DNA of 55,541 bases, counting the filler, from Sluysia triapertura (lineage: Eukaryota), in assembly GCA_046118255.1 (NCBI GenBank). It is 4 parts of 4 records of this genome, joined end to end, with 100 filler letters (N's around TTAATTAATTAA, not from the genome) between each part and the next. Parts side by side here need not be neighbours in the genome. Positions count along the whole stretch, not along the records: positions 15,548 to 30,013 come from JBJNIA010257959.1; positions 30,114 to 42,841 come from JBJNIA010086026.1; 2 more parts are not named here. The stretch is one strand, 5' to 3'. This document shows, piece after piece, positions 27,720 through 39,763 of the stretch. How positions within the stretch are numbered: the first letter of the stretch is position 1; each line of letters begins with the position of its first letter. Position numbers and translations under genes: made by a program. Below the pieces are notes generated by a model. That model was not told where the DNA came from and did not search any database. It saw only the letters and a list, made by a program, of their open reading frames with translations.

Positions 27720-29600
27720 AACAGCTAAAGAATACTGTGACATTCCAAAGACATAGATAAGGTGTTGAGACCTTGTGAAAGTTTCGAAAACATATGAGCT
27801 TGTGGACCTTGAGATCATTTGAGACGTTATTAACCTTTAAGCATTCTTGAAATCTTGATAAGCATCTAAGGTCTTCGAGTAATATTACATAATGTATGCG
27901 ATCTTTAAAATATTTGAGAAATAAAATCATTGTTTAAAATAATAAAGATAGGTTTAATATGGTAATTATTAACTTGAAGAACAAGTAAAAGGAATAAAAG
28001 AGGTGAAGGTGTAAACATCTAGAGCTTCCTGAATGCCTTATTAACTATTAAATAACTTTAGAACCTTAAGAAAACTTCTAAACATAGAATAAGGTTAAGT
28101 CTAAAAATAGATTAATTAATTAAATCTTAATTTACTTAATTAAGAAAAAGTATGTTTTTTGTGAATGCGGAATGCTATGTTGAATTTGAAACTGTGTATG
28201 TATTTGATTTGAAAAGACCTTTCCATGAAGGTATGGTTTGACCAAGTTCATGCAAGGAAAGCCTTAATATTGAGCAAAGTCAAATTTTAATTTTTAATTA
28301 TAGAATGTTGAATTTTTTTATACTTAGAGTAATGTAAATGTGATGAAGGGAATATGAGATGATTACTATGAAAGAGGAGAATCTATGAGTGAACTCGAAA
28401 TGTTTGTAAAATGGTTCGTTTGAGAATAAGAAGCTTACAACATTTTTCATTGGAAAATTGGGTGTGAAAAATAGAAAATTAATTAAATAATAGAAAGTGA
28501 AATTAAATGCATTATTTTTATGAATGATAATAATATTGTTGTTTGTTATTTTAATGTGAGAAGTAATTTAAGTAAAAATAGATTGAGTAGAGTAAAAGGA
28601 AATGCTGGTTGGTAATAAATCAGATTTCTATGTTTGGTACATAATGAAGTTTGACAGACGGTACCATGTAATTGTCGAAGTTGTTATTGTCGGTTTGATT
28701 CCCAAAGAGATTTGGATGATTTGCGTCTGAGTGTTTGATTATGAGACGGGATTGATTGGATAAAATAAAATTTTGAGTATAAAATAAAATTTTCTAAATT
28801 TTTTACAACACAATCACAGGACACAAGAAGATTTGCAGAATTAAGAAGATATTTTATTAAGGGATATTATATTATTTTATTTTTCTAATTTATTATTTTA
28901 ATATCGTTTACTATTGTTTTAATATTCAAATTATTATCATCATTATTATTTTATCTGTTTTTTAAGGGAAATTTCCCTTTGAAATTTATTTTTATAATAT
29001 TAAATTCATTTTTAGGGATTTTGAAGTCTTTTGGTGAGAGACTCCCTTTTCAATTAGTTTTTTTGGGACTTTAAAATTAGTTTTGTGATAGACACCTTAC
29101 ACAATTTATTTATTTTTTTTGTTAGTGTTAAATTTTTGTGAGGATCTCTGCCAAAATTTTTGTTATAATATGTAATCGTAATTACGTTTGGTTAAGTTAT
29201 CTAAAAATATTTGGGCAGTATCGTTATTCTTCACTTTCTAGTTATTCATATTTTTAGTGTCTGTTGCGTTTCTTTAGTTATATTGTAATGTCCTTAATAT
29301 TATTATAAACATTATTATTAATCTTGACATTTTGTAGCCAGTTTGAATATTATGTAGTAGACATTTATAATAATAACAATAAATTATATTTTGATTTTTG
29401 TTTAATAGTAAATTATTGTTTTATTTTTGAGTTGATTTGCAAGAGTTTAATTTTGGAGTGAATAATTATTGATATTCAATAAGAGAATTTTGAAAACTTA
29501 TAATTGATATAGAGTATACTTGGATAAGTGAGATTCTTTTTAAACTAATTGAATTAATATTGAATTACAGTAATTAATAATTTGCAAAGGCGCAAAATCA
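27720..29600 (-). mobile_element. Copy B of decayed virus-like repeat (upstream motif region + penton-like pseudogene ~28780-28140 + collagen-like remnant ~28040-27720)
   Basis: Reverse strand reads NHPNLFGNQTDNNNFDNYMVPSVKL...PTSISFYST...DFAQY*GFPC...FNIAFRIHKK across frameshifts; collinear with copies A, C and D. Confidence 0.65.
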
Positions 29601-30013
29601 ATTTTCTTTGTGAAAAATCAAAATAAGTGCTGAGAATGTTATAAATTCATATGAAAAGCAAACAAAAAATGGAGGCGACATTGCAGCTTTATAGTCAATT
29701 ATTTAGTAAAATAATCGAATATTTTAATTAGTTTTACATTCACATTTTCCTTTATAAATCTAAAATTTTGATCAAATTAAAAACATGAATTGTATGTGGT
29801 ATTGTTCTTTACACATTCGCAGAATATATCGTTTCCTAAAATTTATCGCATTTTACAGTTTTAGAGGACCAGTAAAAGTGAAATTAACAATAATTAAAAA
29901 TTTACTAGAAAGAAATTATTGGCTACAATACTTAGTAGGTATTTGAGTTGAAATAAACTACGGCCTTTAACGTTTTAATTCATACAGCTGTAGTGCAATT
30001 TAAATACATTTAT

Positions 30014-30113
30014 NNNNNNNNNNNNNNNNNNNNNNNNNNNNNNNNNNNNNNNNNNNNTTAATTAATTAANNNNNNNNNNNNNNNNNNNNNNNNNNNNNNN
30101 NNNNNNNNNNNNN
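30014..30113. other. Artificial contig-join spacer
   Basis: 44N + TTAATTAATTAA + 44N. Confidence 0.97.
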
Positions 30114-31239
30114 ATGCACAAATATTACGAATTATTAAAATATGATTTTAGATAGGATTTTGATTCAGGCGATTGCTTGGATTTGTTCAATGAATGTGAT
30201 TTTATTTCGGATTTTAATGCAAAGATTGACAATGCAAAGAACTTATAAACAACAATTTTACTTATTATTTATTAAAAGTTTTTTCGATTAGAAATGTCAG
30301 GAACGTATTAACGAATTCTCCAAATAGAAATTAAATTTTTTCAAACGAAGATATATTCCACTAAAAACCACTTTTCTCGAGAGTTGGAGTTTTAAATAAC
30401 GCATCAGATATACTTTACGAAAATCTTGTATAATATGTTTTTACCGTAAATCTTTAAATCCTTTCTCTATATTTGTGTATAAATTTATGCATTTTTATGT
30501 ACTAATATTAGATCGCTTGATCATTCATGATAGAATTTGACTATTACATAAATTGCTTAATAATTGACGTAAATATTTGTGTTGTATAAATAATCATAAA
30601 TAATATCGAATAATATTTACATAAATAATTGCTAAAATTGTACTTTTCTATAAATTGAAAAATGATTACAAAATAATATTTACAAAATTATTTAAATTTC
30701 AATTGGTATTTACAAAGATTATTTAACAACTAATTATTTGTTATTAAATTATAAAATTGGTTGAACTATTTATATTATTTACAGTACTAACACTTATGGA
30801 TTATATTTAATGACTTATTTTGAGATTGATTTATAATTAATTGTCATTAAAAAAACTTATTTATATTGAATTAACTATTATTTGACTTTTATTATGATAT
30901 ACTTATAATTTAAAAAGATAAAAACACAACACTCAATAAAAACCCTAATATAAATTAACTATTTCAACACAATGATTACCAGGAAATCACAAAAAATAAA
31001 ATTCAATATTAACAAGATATTATATCCAAAAAAATAATGAATTACGAAGTAAACAATTATGTATGACAATCAAGTGAACAAAATACTAATATTAGCGACA
31101 AATAGTGACGCAACTTAATAATTTCCAAGAAAAATTTACATTAAAAACAAAACAGATGAATTAAATTTTATTTTAAAATAAAACAAAATAAAATTACCAA
31201 TATACAGACGTAACTGCTAGCACCATTAGATTAAATTTT

Positions 31240-31882
31240 TGTGCATTATAGAACATTTAAGTATTACCTTCTCATCGTATCCATTCATTCTTCAGTTTTA
31301 CACTCAAACATTCTCTCACACAAATCATCACAATATTCTTTGAGAATTAAACCTAAAATAATAACTTTGATAATTACATGATATAGTATGTCAAACTTTA
31401 TTAGGTACAGAACACAAAAAATTGATTTATGACCATTTCTTATTTTTTTCTACTCTACTTCATTTATTAACGCTTAAATTACTTCTCGCATTAAAATAGC
31501 TATTATTATTATTGTCAACAGATATCAAAATAAGGAATTTGACTTTAGTTTCAAATGATTTTTGGATTTTCACATTCAATTTTCTCATAGCAATCATCTC
31601 ATATTCAATTCATTATATTTACATCATTTTAAGTACGAAAAATTCAGAATTAAAAATTAAGAATTAATTACAATTTGATTTTGCTCAATATTAAGGCTTT
31701 TCTTGCATGAACTCGGTCAAACCATATAGTTAACGAAATATATTTTAAAACAACCACATTCACAGTGACAATACTGACATAGCTTTCAACATTCAAGAGA
31801 TATTCACAAAAAATTACATTAAGTTATTTAATATTTTAATTAATTAATCAATTTTAGACTAAAGTTTTATGTCTAAAAGTTT
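31240..31882 (+). mobile_element. Copy C of decayed virus-like repeat (penton-like pseudogene); interrupted at 31883 and resuming at 33090-33130
   Basis: Matches the reverse complement of 28080-28760 (e.g. ttgctcaatattaaggctttt). 33090-33130 (ggttccaaaattacttgataaggcactcag) matches the next segment of copy B. Confidence 0.65.
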
Positions 31883-33089
31883 TGTTGGGATACATGCTTA
31901 AAATGCCATAGAATAATGATAATGTAATTGTCTATAATAAAACAAAATTGTTAGATGGGGCTGATAGCCCAGTGGAACTAAACAGGAGCTTCTTCCCGGT
32001 GCACAAGAATCATGGAAGACTCTTACTGACACCAGCATTTGATGACCACATGTGTCTGAAGTAGTATGTACGTTCAGATTATCCAATAGTCATACGCCGA
32101 CAATACGCACACCGGCACATCATGAAGTCATACGGATAGCCAAAAGCTGGAAAAGCGCGCTAGGTTGCAAACCTGATGGTCGAAAATACGAAATTGGAAC
32201 GCAAGTATCGGATCACTGCTTCAATAATCTACTCCGACAACTACAATTCCCAACAATCCCTTAAGTCAGACATACTTTGCGACAACCCAATCATCATTAG
32301 CCACTAGCACAAAAACAGAGCTGGCAAATACCTACACGAGATGATCAGCACTTCAATGCCAACATCTGGTATCTACGCAATAACCATTAGAACTGGAAAA
32401 TAATGCATGGATGTTTATGATCAAGGCCTGGAACAACATCCTTGGTCCACAGAACATACATATTCATCTGCTTTTATCACGTCATTGGTGTGGCTTCGAG
32501 TCTGAATCCCTTCTACACGTGCTCTGCCTGTGTCCTCACACAAGCACAGCTAGAACAGTTCGGCAGGACAAAATGACTCAGACGGGATTCTCGATAATCA
32601 AGGATTCGCCTACGCCAATTATCTCGATGATTTGACATGCAGGCCCATGATACTTCTTCATCACAACCGTTTTTTGATTGATGTATATACCCCCTTGGAC
32701 CTGAATAAAAATTTCGAAATAGCCCGAACCACCAATACTGCGAAGTATGTTGATCTCCAGGACAAACTGCATGAATAACTGAAGTGCAATGTGTCTCTGG
32801 ACACATTCATCGTTGGAGCCTTTGGTTCATGGGATCCCGAGAATAACAGGCTTCTCAAGCCACTTGGCTTTCACAAGACCGAAATCAAGACCCTTGTGCG
32901 ACTAACTGCGGAGTCCTCGAATAACGAACACGTGACCATGTCCTGCAAAGTCCCTAAAAGAAGAAAAATATTGCTCCTGAATACAAGAAAACATTCTGGA
33001 AAGAAAAGAGATTTAAACTATTATATTAATAATTTATATAAGAAAGCCCCGGTTCGATTCCCGGTTAGTTAATTTTGTAAAGTCTAACA
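31883..33089 (+). mobile_element. TG...CA-bounded element with internal tRNA-like sequence (solo-LTR-like), split by a retrotransposon
   Basis: Starts TGTTGG and ends CTAACA, flanked by agttt/atttt (imperfect 5-bp duplication). A-box half ggggctgatagcccagtgg at 31957-31975; B-box half ccccggttcgattcccgg at 33047-33064. The host repeat resumes right after 33089. Confidence 0.6.
31976..33040 (+). mobile_element. 5'-truncated, degenerate NeSL/Utopia-type non-LTR retrotransposon (CCHC finger + restriction-like endonuclease + 3' UTR)
   Basis: GC-richer island with WMFMIKAWNNIL (cf. WRFIHRARLN), CGFESESLLHVLCLC, LIDVYTP, IARTTNTAKY and VSLDTFIVGAFGSWDPENNRLLKPLGF, the typical NeSL/Utopia C-terminus. 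Frameshifted. Confidence 0.88.
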
Positions 33090-34999
33090 ATTTTAGTTAG
33101 GTTCCAAAATTACTTGATAAGGCACTCAGATGGCAGAAATAGAGGAAAATGAATAATCGATGAATAATCATGGCGTGTTCATCTATAATGAATTTAGGAT
33201 TTTGTGAAAAGTGCACAATACGCTATTGTTGAATTTTTGAGTTTGGTTTACGTAAAATACCTCCATGAGGGCGTATTAAATCAACAATTAACAATTTACG
33301 TATCTTTTTAAATTTACTTAAAATTTTGTTAAAGTTCTTAAGGCCCTTGGACTCGAGAATTAATTTTGTAAAGGTTAACATTTTAAAAGAATTTAATTTT
33401 TAGACGTAAATTATTTAATATTTTAGTTGCAAAATTAGATATTATTTAGTAGGAATATACATTATTTAGAAAATAGTAAATATATTTTTAAATTATTAGA
33501 AATTTTAGTTAATAAAATAAGTAAAATTAGAAATTTTAAATGTACTATAGAAAAATATTGAATTTTATTTTATATCACAAAGAGAAGACATGGAAATTCA
33601 TAAATACATAAACACTAACTGAATAATATAAATATTAGCTTTTCATAAATTTTTCACACAACAAGAACAACAAAATCTCTCAATCACTGTTTACAAGTTA
33701 GATACTTTTAGTATAAGACAACTCTTCAGATTCTTTCACGGTACTTCAGTATCAATTTTGTTCATTAGTCAGTATTTATCCGGTTGAAATCCACTTTCAA
33801 TTGTCAATATTCTTAGATCACCATATTGGAACTATTTTTAACGAGAATATCCATGTACTCGTGAGTTAATTATTTTAAGTGTTTAATTTTGTTCTATTAA
33901 GTCTAAAAATCAGACTTAATTTTTTCTTTATTTACGAGTCATGAATACTCGTGGCCCAATTTAATTTCCAAAATTTATTAATACAGTTATATTTTTGTAT
34001 CTAATTCGTTTTAAAAATTTTTAATTATTGTGATATTTACTTAATAAATTTTTCGTGTTTTTTATATTTTATTTTAAAAGATTAATCTAAACAGAGTTCA
34101 GATTTTGGAAAATAAATTTAAGAGTTAAAGGATTACTTTAAAGAAATTTAATTCGTGAGAAACATAATACTTTATTTTAATCAATAGTTTGTTTCTCAAG
34201 CATCAATTAAGGATCATTGTACGCAGATATTAAACGTTTGACCGTGTCTTCCGTAGGGATATCAATCACATGATTACATGCGAATCCGCAAGAATAACAT
34301 TTATAATTGTGCGTACTAAATAAATAATATAATTATTTATTATAATTATTTATTTTATAATTAAAGAAAAACTATGCAAAATAAAATTCAAACTTAAATT
34401 TTCTCGAGCGACTTTGAATAGTTCAAGATTTATCAAAGGTGTGGAGCTAATAATTCTAAAATTACTAAAAGCAAACAATCCACGCTTTCTCCTATTTTCA
34501 TTGCAATCACATGGAAACATATCGCCCTGGATAACTGCTTTGAGATTTTTAATATTCTTTAACTGGTTTGCAAACTGCTTTCAATCCACAATAGTGTAAT
34601 ATTAAAAGTTTTGGATAATTGTGAAATAAATATATTTAATGAATTTCTCTAAATAACCACAAATTTTAAAATTTGCGTGCAATTGGTTCTAATTATTAAG
34701 AGCTAAAGTTTAATAAGCAATCACTGTAGAATTTTAAGTTCACATAAGGCATAACGTGATAAATTAGATCATCACACATTATTCTAAGTTGTACTAAGTA
34801 ATGCAGAAGATGAATTAAGTACAAGTTCAAAGCTTAGAATTTAGTTAAATTGCCTATAAATTTATACGATTGTTAGGTTGTCATTGTTGCATCTTAAATC
34901 AAAATTATTAACAAGAGTTTAACAATTAAATTAACCCAAAAATTAAGTAAATTAACTAAAAACAATTAAATTTTAAAATCAATAATGAATCTACTTATT

Positions 35000-37110
35000 A
35001 TCGATATTAAGCAGGAAATAATATGCTAAAAAGGAGACCAGAGTTAACGCAAAAATCAGTAAAATTAAAATACCAATATTTACAAAAATTAAAGTAGATA
35101 ACAATTATATTTGTCTTGTCAAATATCTTTATTTTAACGTAATAACCAAAAACTATAAAAATATAATTTGGGCAGAGTCTCCCACAATTCAATTAAAATC
35201 ACTAACTAAAAGTTAAAAAAATTAAAATTCAAACTTAAAATAATAATTAAATATATAACGTAAGACAATTCAAAATAATCCAGGCAAGGAGTCTCCTTAA
35301 ACTCAAATAGAATAAATTTAACGAGAGCTAAATAAAAACAAAAATTAAACGCTTAAAAAGACGCTCAAAATAACTCTGGCAAGGAGTCTCTCCAAGAAAT
35401 CAATTAAAATCAAATAAATCAATTTATCGTCAACTTAACTTATTCAAAAAATCATTTAGAGAATTATTATATTTTTATTTTAATTAATTAAAATTATAAA
35501 ATAAATAAAAATATTAAGCTATTTTAAATAATTAAAATTATAAAGTAAACAAAAATGTTACCATCTTAATGGATTTTCTTTTTTCTCGTAAACGTTGTTT
35601 TAAGTATTGTGTGAAAAATTTTCTATGTACTCACTTTTATATCTCTTTACCGTCCAATCACTCTCAAGCTCATAATCAGGAATTACCTTTACACAAATCA
35701 TCAAAACCTCCTTTTGTGTGAAGGGCCATATGTATTTTAGTTTATGAAATTCTATTTTTGTTATTATGAAATATTACTTAAATAAACAAATTATAATTAA
35801 CTTAAAACGATTTAAATTAATTTTATTTTTATTTACAAACATGGGCTTAAGGCCTGAAACAAATGAAAAAAAACAATTAATAAATAAACAAGATTTGTTA
35901 ACAGGAAAAATGTAAATAAAATAACCGGATCAATTATAATAAATATTGATGAAATGTAAAATGTTTCCCAGGATAGTACTTTATTTATACTTTTATTGAT
36001 ACTTTTATACTTTCTTTTTTCTCGTAAACGTTGTTTTAAGTATTGTGTTAAAAATTTTCTATCTATTCACTTTCTATGTATCTCTCTACCGTCCAATCAC
36101 TCTCAAACTCATAATCAGGAACTACCTTTACACAAATAATCAAAACCTCCTTTAAAGATTAAACCGACTAAAACGACTTTGACATACTTAAAAAATTTAT
36201 CTTTAGTTTTTACATTTTAATTAATTTTTAATGGAAAATGTTTAAGGTTCTAATTCCCAAACGAACCAATTCAGAAACATTTCAACCTCATTTTTTGATT
36301 CTCCTATTTCATATCAATCATTCCATACCCAACTCACCATCTCTTCATCATTCTACATATGAAAATTTCATCATTTTAAATTAAAAATTAATTAAAATTC
36401 GACTTTAATTACACAGGCTTTCCTTGCATGTATTCGGTCACATCTTATCTTCATCGAAAGGTCTCTTACACAATTACAGTTTTAACATAGCATCCCTCAT
36501 TCAAAAGTTAATTTTCCTTAAATAAGTTAAGATTTTAATTAATTAATTATTATAACTTATTTTATTCTATGTTTAAAGGTTTTATCATGGTTATAAAGTT
36601 GTTAAATACTTTATGAGGTACTCAGGAGGTTCTAGATATTTTCACCTTCACCATTCTGACTCCTTTTTCTACTTTTTGATTTTAATTATTAATGTATTAA
36701 ATTTGTCTTTAATATCATTAACCATAATTTTAATCTTTGAACATTTCAAAGATTCCAAACGTTTTACAAGGTTATTAGAAGGTCTCAGGAGTCATAAAAG
36801 GTTCCAACAGATCAACAAGGTCTCAAATGATCCCAAGGTTCAGAAGTTAAAAGGTATCTTTACACTTCAATACATATTTTCAAACCTTACTTCATAAGGG
36901 TCTCAATACCCTACAAGGGTCTTTGGAACTCCAAGGTGTTCTTCGGTTTCACAATGATTATAAACATTTTACTGTTCATTATTCTTGCTTTAGGAATATT
37001 TAATTATATTTATATTATTATATTTCAGATCTTTTATATCACTTTTCATTACATATTTTAAATTCTTTGGCCCTTTTATCTACTTTCTTACACCAACTGG
37101 ACAATTCCAA
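35000..37110 (+). mobile_element. Copy D of decayed virus-like repeat, with an internal direct duplication (35575-35712 / 36015-36152)
   Basis: HFYISLPSN at 35632-35658; collagen-like caa ggt ctc aaa tga tcc caa ggt at 36816-36839; collinear with copies A, B and C. Confidence 0.65.
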
Positions 37111-37192
37111 CATCATCACAACCATCTAAAATCGTGTAAAACCTTTAAAACGTTAATTTTTAAAAAAGAAAATTCGCTTCTAAAAATAGAAT

Positions 37193-37256
37193 AGAAGCTT
37201 CTAGAATGTTCGAGAACATTATATCGATTCCTATTGGCTAATGACTAATATATAAA
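37193..37256 (+). promoter_or_regulatory. Perfect five-unit heat-shock element followed by CCAAT (ATTGG) and TATA box
   Basis: aGAAg cTTCt aGAAt gTTCg aGAAc at 37193-37217; ATTGG at 37233-37237; TATATAAA at 37249-37256. Confidence 0.6.
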
Positions 37257-38061
37257 CTAGCATCAGTTTAATAAGAATTGCCATTTATAATTGTGAAATC
37301 ATCAATTTTCAATTTTGCGGCATTATCATTGGTGCAATTGTGAAATTTTAGTAATCGTTCAAAATTTACAGAGGTTTCAACATTTTGGCGATATCCACAG
37401 GACAATATTTATTCGTATTCCTTTTAATTACTGGGAATTTATATATTTTTATGTTAAATTCTTGTTTAGAAGTTGTAATTCTAAAATCAACTTAAATTTC
37501 TAATTATTTCTAAATTTTTAAGTTCCTATATATTGAAGGCTAACATCTCGGAGCTTTTATCCTTAAAATAATTATTTTTGTCTTATTTTCTTATTATTAG
37601 AATTTGTGTTTCATAAATAAAGTGAATATTTTTACGTTTATTTAATTATTAAATGTTAAAGAATAAATTATTAAAGTTTTTTGAAAAAATTATACTTTTG
37701 AGCATTTGCAGACCCTAACTAAGGAACATTTTTATTTAGGTAAACTATTAGATTATACATTTACAGAAACGCTCTCTTCACGACATAAGATGTTACTGTA
37801 ACAGAACAATCTCAAAAAACCACAGCATGTTGTTTAGTAACAGCACACATACACTACGTTTTAAGTGGTGCACTATTACCGAACTTTGTTAAAATTAATT
37901 TTTCTGAACGTTTACTAAATCATTTGATCATTTTTTCAAGTCTTCATCTTCGACGATTTAACAAAACTTTCACAGAATGACTTAATTTTACAGAAGGAGT
38001 TCCATATGTAGATAATATTTGTAAAAGGAGATGTAAACAATTGTAAGCAAATATAATTGTA

Positions 38062-38162
38062 CTTTTGTAAATATAAATTTTATTAATTTTAAACATAAAT
38101 TTTGTAAATATAAAATTACTAATTTTGTAAACATAAATTTTATTAATTTTTAAACATAAATT
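38062..38162. repeat. Degenerate AT-rich tandem repeat (ttttgtaaatataaattttattaa)
   Basis: Three to four imperfect units visible. Confidence 0.7.
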
Positions 38163-39512
38163 AATCGTAGAATAATCACAAATATTTCATTACAAATATT
38201 AGTTTGAACAATTATGTAAATTAATATTTTAGACAATTATGAATAATCTTATTTTAAATCAAAATAATCGCTATTAATCATTATTAATATTTATGTAAAT
38301 TAATTGATGATAATTGACGTAAGGATTTTGATATAAAAGCATAATCAATGGATAAGTGACACATAATTCTTTGAGAAAAATTATCTATTCGACTTCCGAA
38401 GGCGTAGATCAAATTTGAAATTTGCTAAGAAGATTAGATTTCTTGGAAATTCTATATACGAAGTTTTTGGAAATTATAAAGAATTCTTGTTTATATATAA
38501 AACGTCATTTTTAGTGGAAAATATATATCTGAACGCTGTTTTTTGTGGAGACAACAATCCGAAAAAATTCATTATCATTTGAAACCAAATATGATGAGTA
38601 ATAATAAGTAAGCTAATTCTTTATAAGCATATGCATCAAAATCCTACTTAAACTCACATTTATTAACAAATCCAAGTATTCGCCTGGATTAAAATCTTGG
38701 CTAAAATTCATTTGTTTATTATAATTAGCATTATTTTATCGTTTAAAGATATGTTTTTCTTTTATTATTAAGTTATTCCTACGAGTTCTGTATTTTACGT
38801 GTTTTATTTAAAATCGAGTTATTAGTAAAATAAATTCATTTTAAAAACTCGATAACGTAGAATAAAGTTTTTGTCAATAAAAGATAAGATTGATAAAAGA
38901 ATTAGTTCATAGGAGAATAATTTTTAAACTACTAAAGCTTAATTTAATTGTTAGATTCAATGTGATTAAAACGACTTGACCCTCACTCATTCATTTACTT
39001 ATTAGTTCTAAGAGTTAAGTTTTTCTTTTCGTAGCACTAACCAAATCCTGTAAGCACGTCATTTTCGTAAGATAAACAGTGCTACACAGGCGGACCCACA
39101 TTGCAATAGTGTTTATAATTGTTCGCAGACTTGACAAAAGTAAAACACATTAATTTCCAGCGTCCAACTCTAATTACTCTTAAATTTTCAATGGTCATTT
39201 TAAATCGACAATATAAAATTTAACTTAAAATGGAGTTACAAAGGTTCTTTTAAGTTAAATTTTTGTAAATTCTCTTCTGTTTTATAATTATGTGAATATT
39301 CGTTGTTTTTTCGTTTATAATTTTGATCCTCTATGAAATCAATTATCATTCTAAGTTCAAATCCAACTACGTAGATAAATTCTAAAAAATAAGTATTTTA
39401 CATAAACTTCCATATAAACTCATAAACATTTTTAGATAAGAACGTAGCAATCTCCAAATAACAATCATTTGCATTTTTATGCAGGTAACAACTTGTAAAA
39501 AATTTATGATAC

Positions 39513-39763
39513 CGTTGAGATAGAGGACTAAAATACCATTTAGAATTATGATAACATAATTAAATAAAATAAAATTGTTATACGGGGCTGATAGCTTATT
39601 GGTCAGGGCATCGAACTACACAGCTGTGAAGCGAGAAGTTCCCTGGTTCGATTCTCGGACAGTCCATTTGTTGAAATCAAACACTACCAATAAAACCAAA
39701 GTGTTTAAACACTAATAAAATCAATATCCAATTACTTTGTTTATATGATACTAATGCCAATCA
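39513..39763 (+). mobile_element. Uninterrupted copy of the tRNA-containing repeat; tRNA-like core at 39585-39666
   Basis: GGGCTGA-TAGCTTATTGG (A box) ... CCCTGGTTCGATTCTCGG (B box) ACAGTCC-A gives a partial acceptor stem. The ~70-bp 5' flank is shared with the 31883 and 41248 copies; AATAAA lies downstream. The anticodon arm is not canonical, so this is not called a tRNA gene. Outer boundaries are approximate. Confidence 0.6.

Noticed and set aside
31692-31694. Stop-codon reassignment as the explanation for shared TAA/TGA
   Set aside because: Host exons translate cleanly with the standard code, and the same repeats also carry frameshifts.
39585-39666. Functional tRNA gene
   Set aside because: Mismatched acceptor and T stems, no interpretable anticodon arm, and the flank is part of a dispersed repeat.
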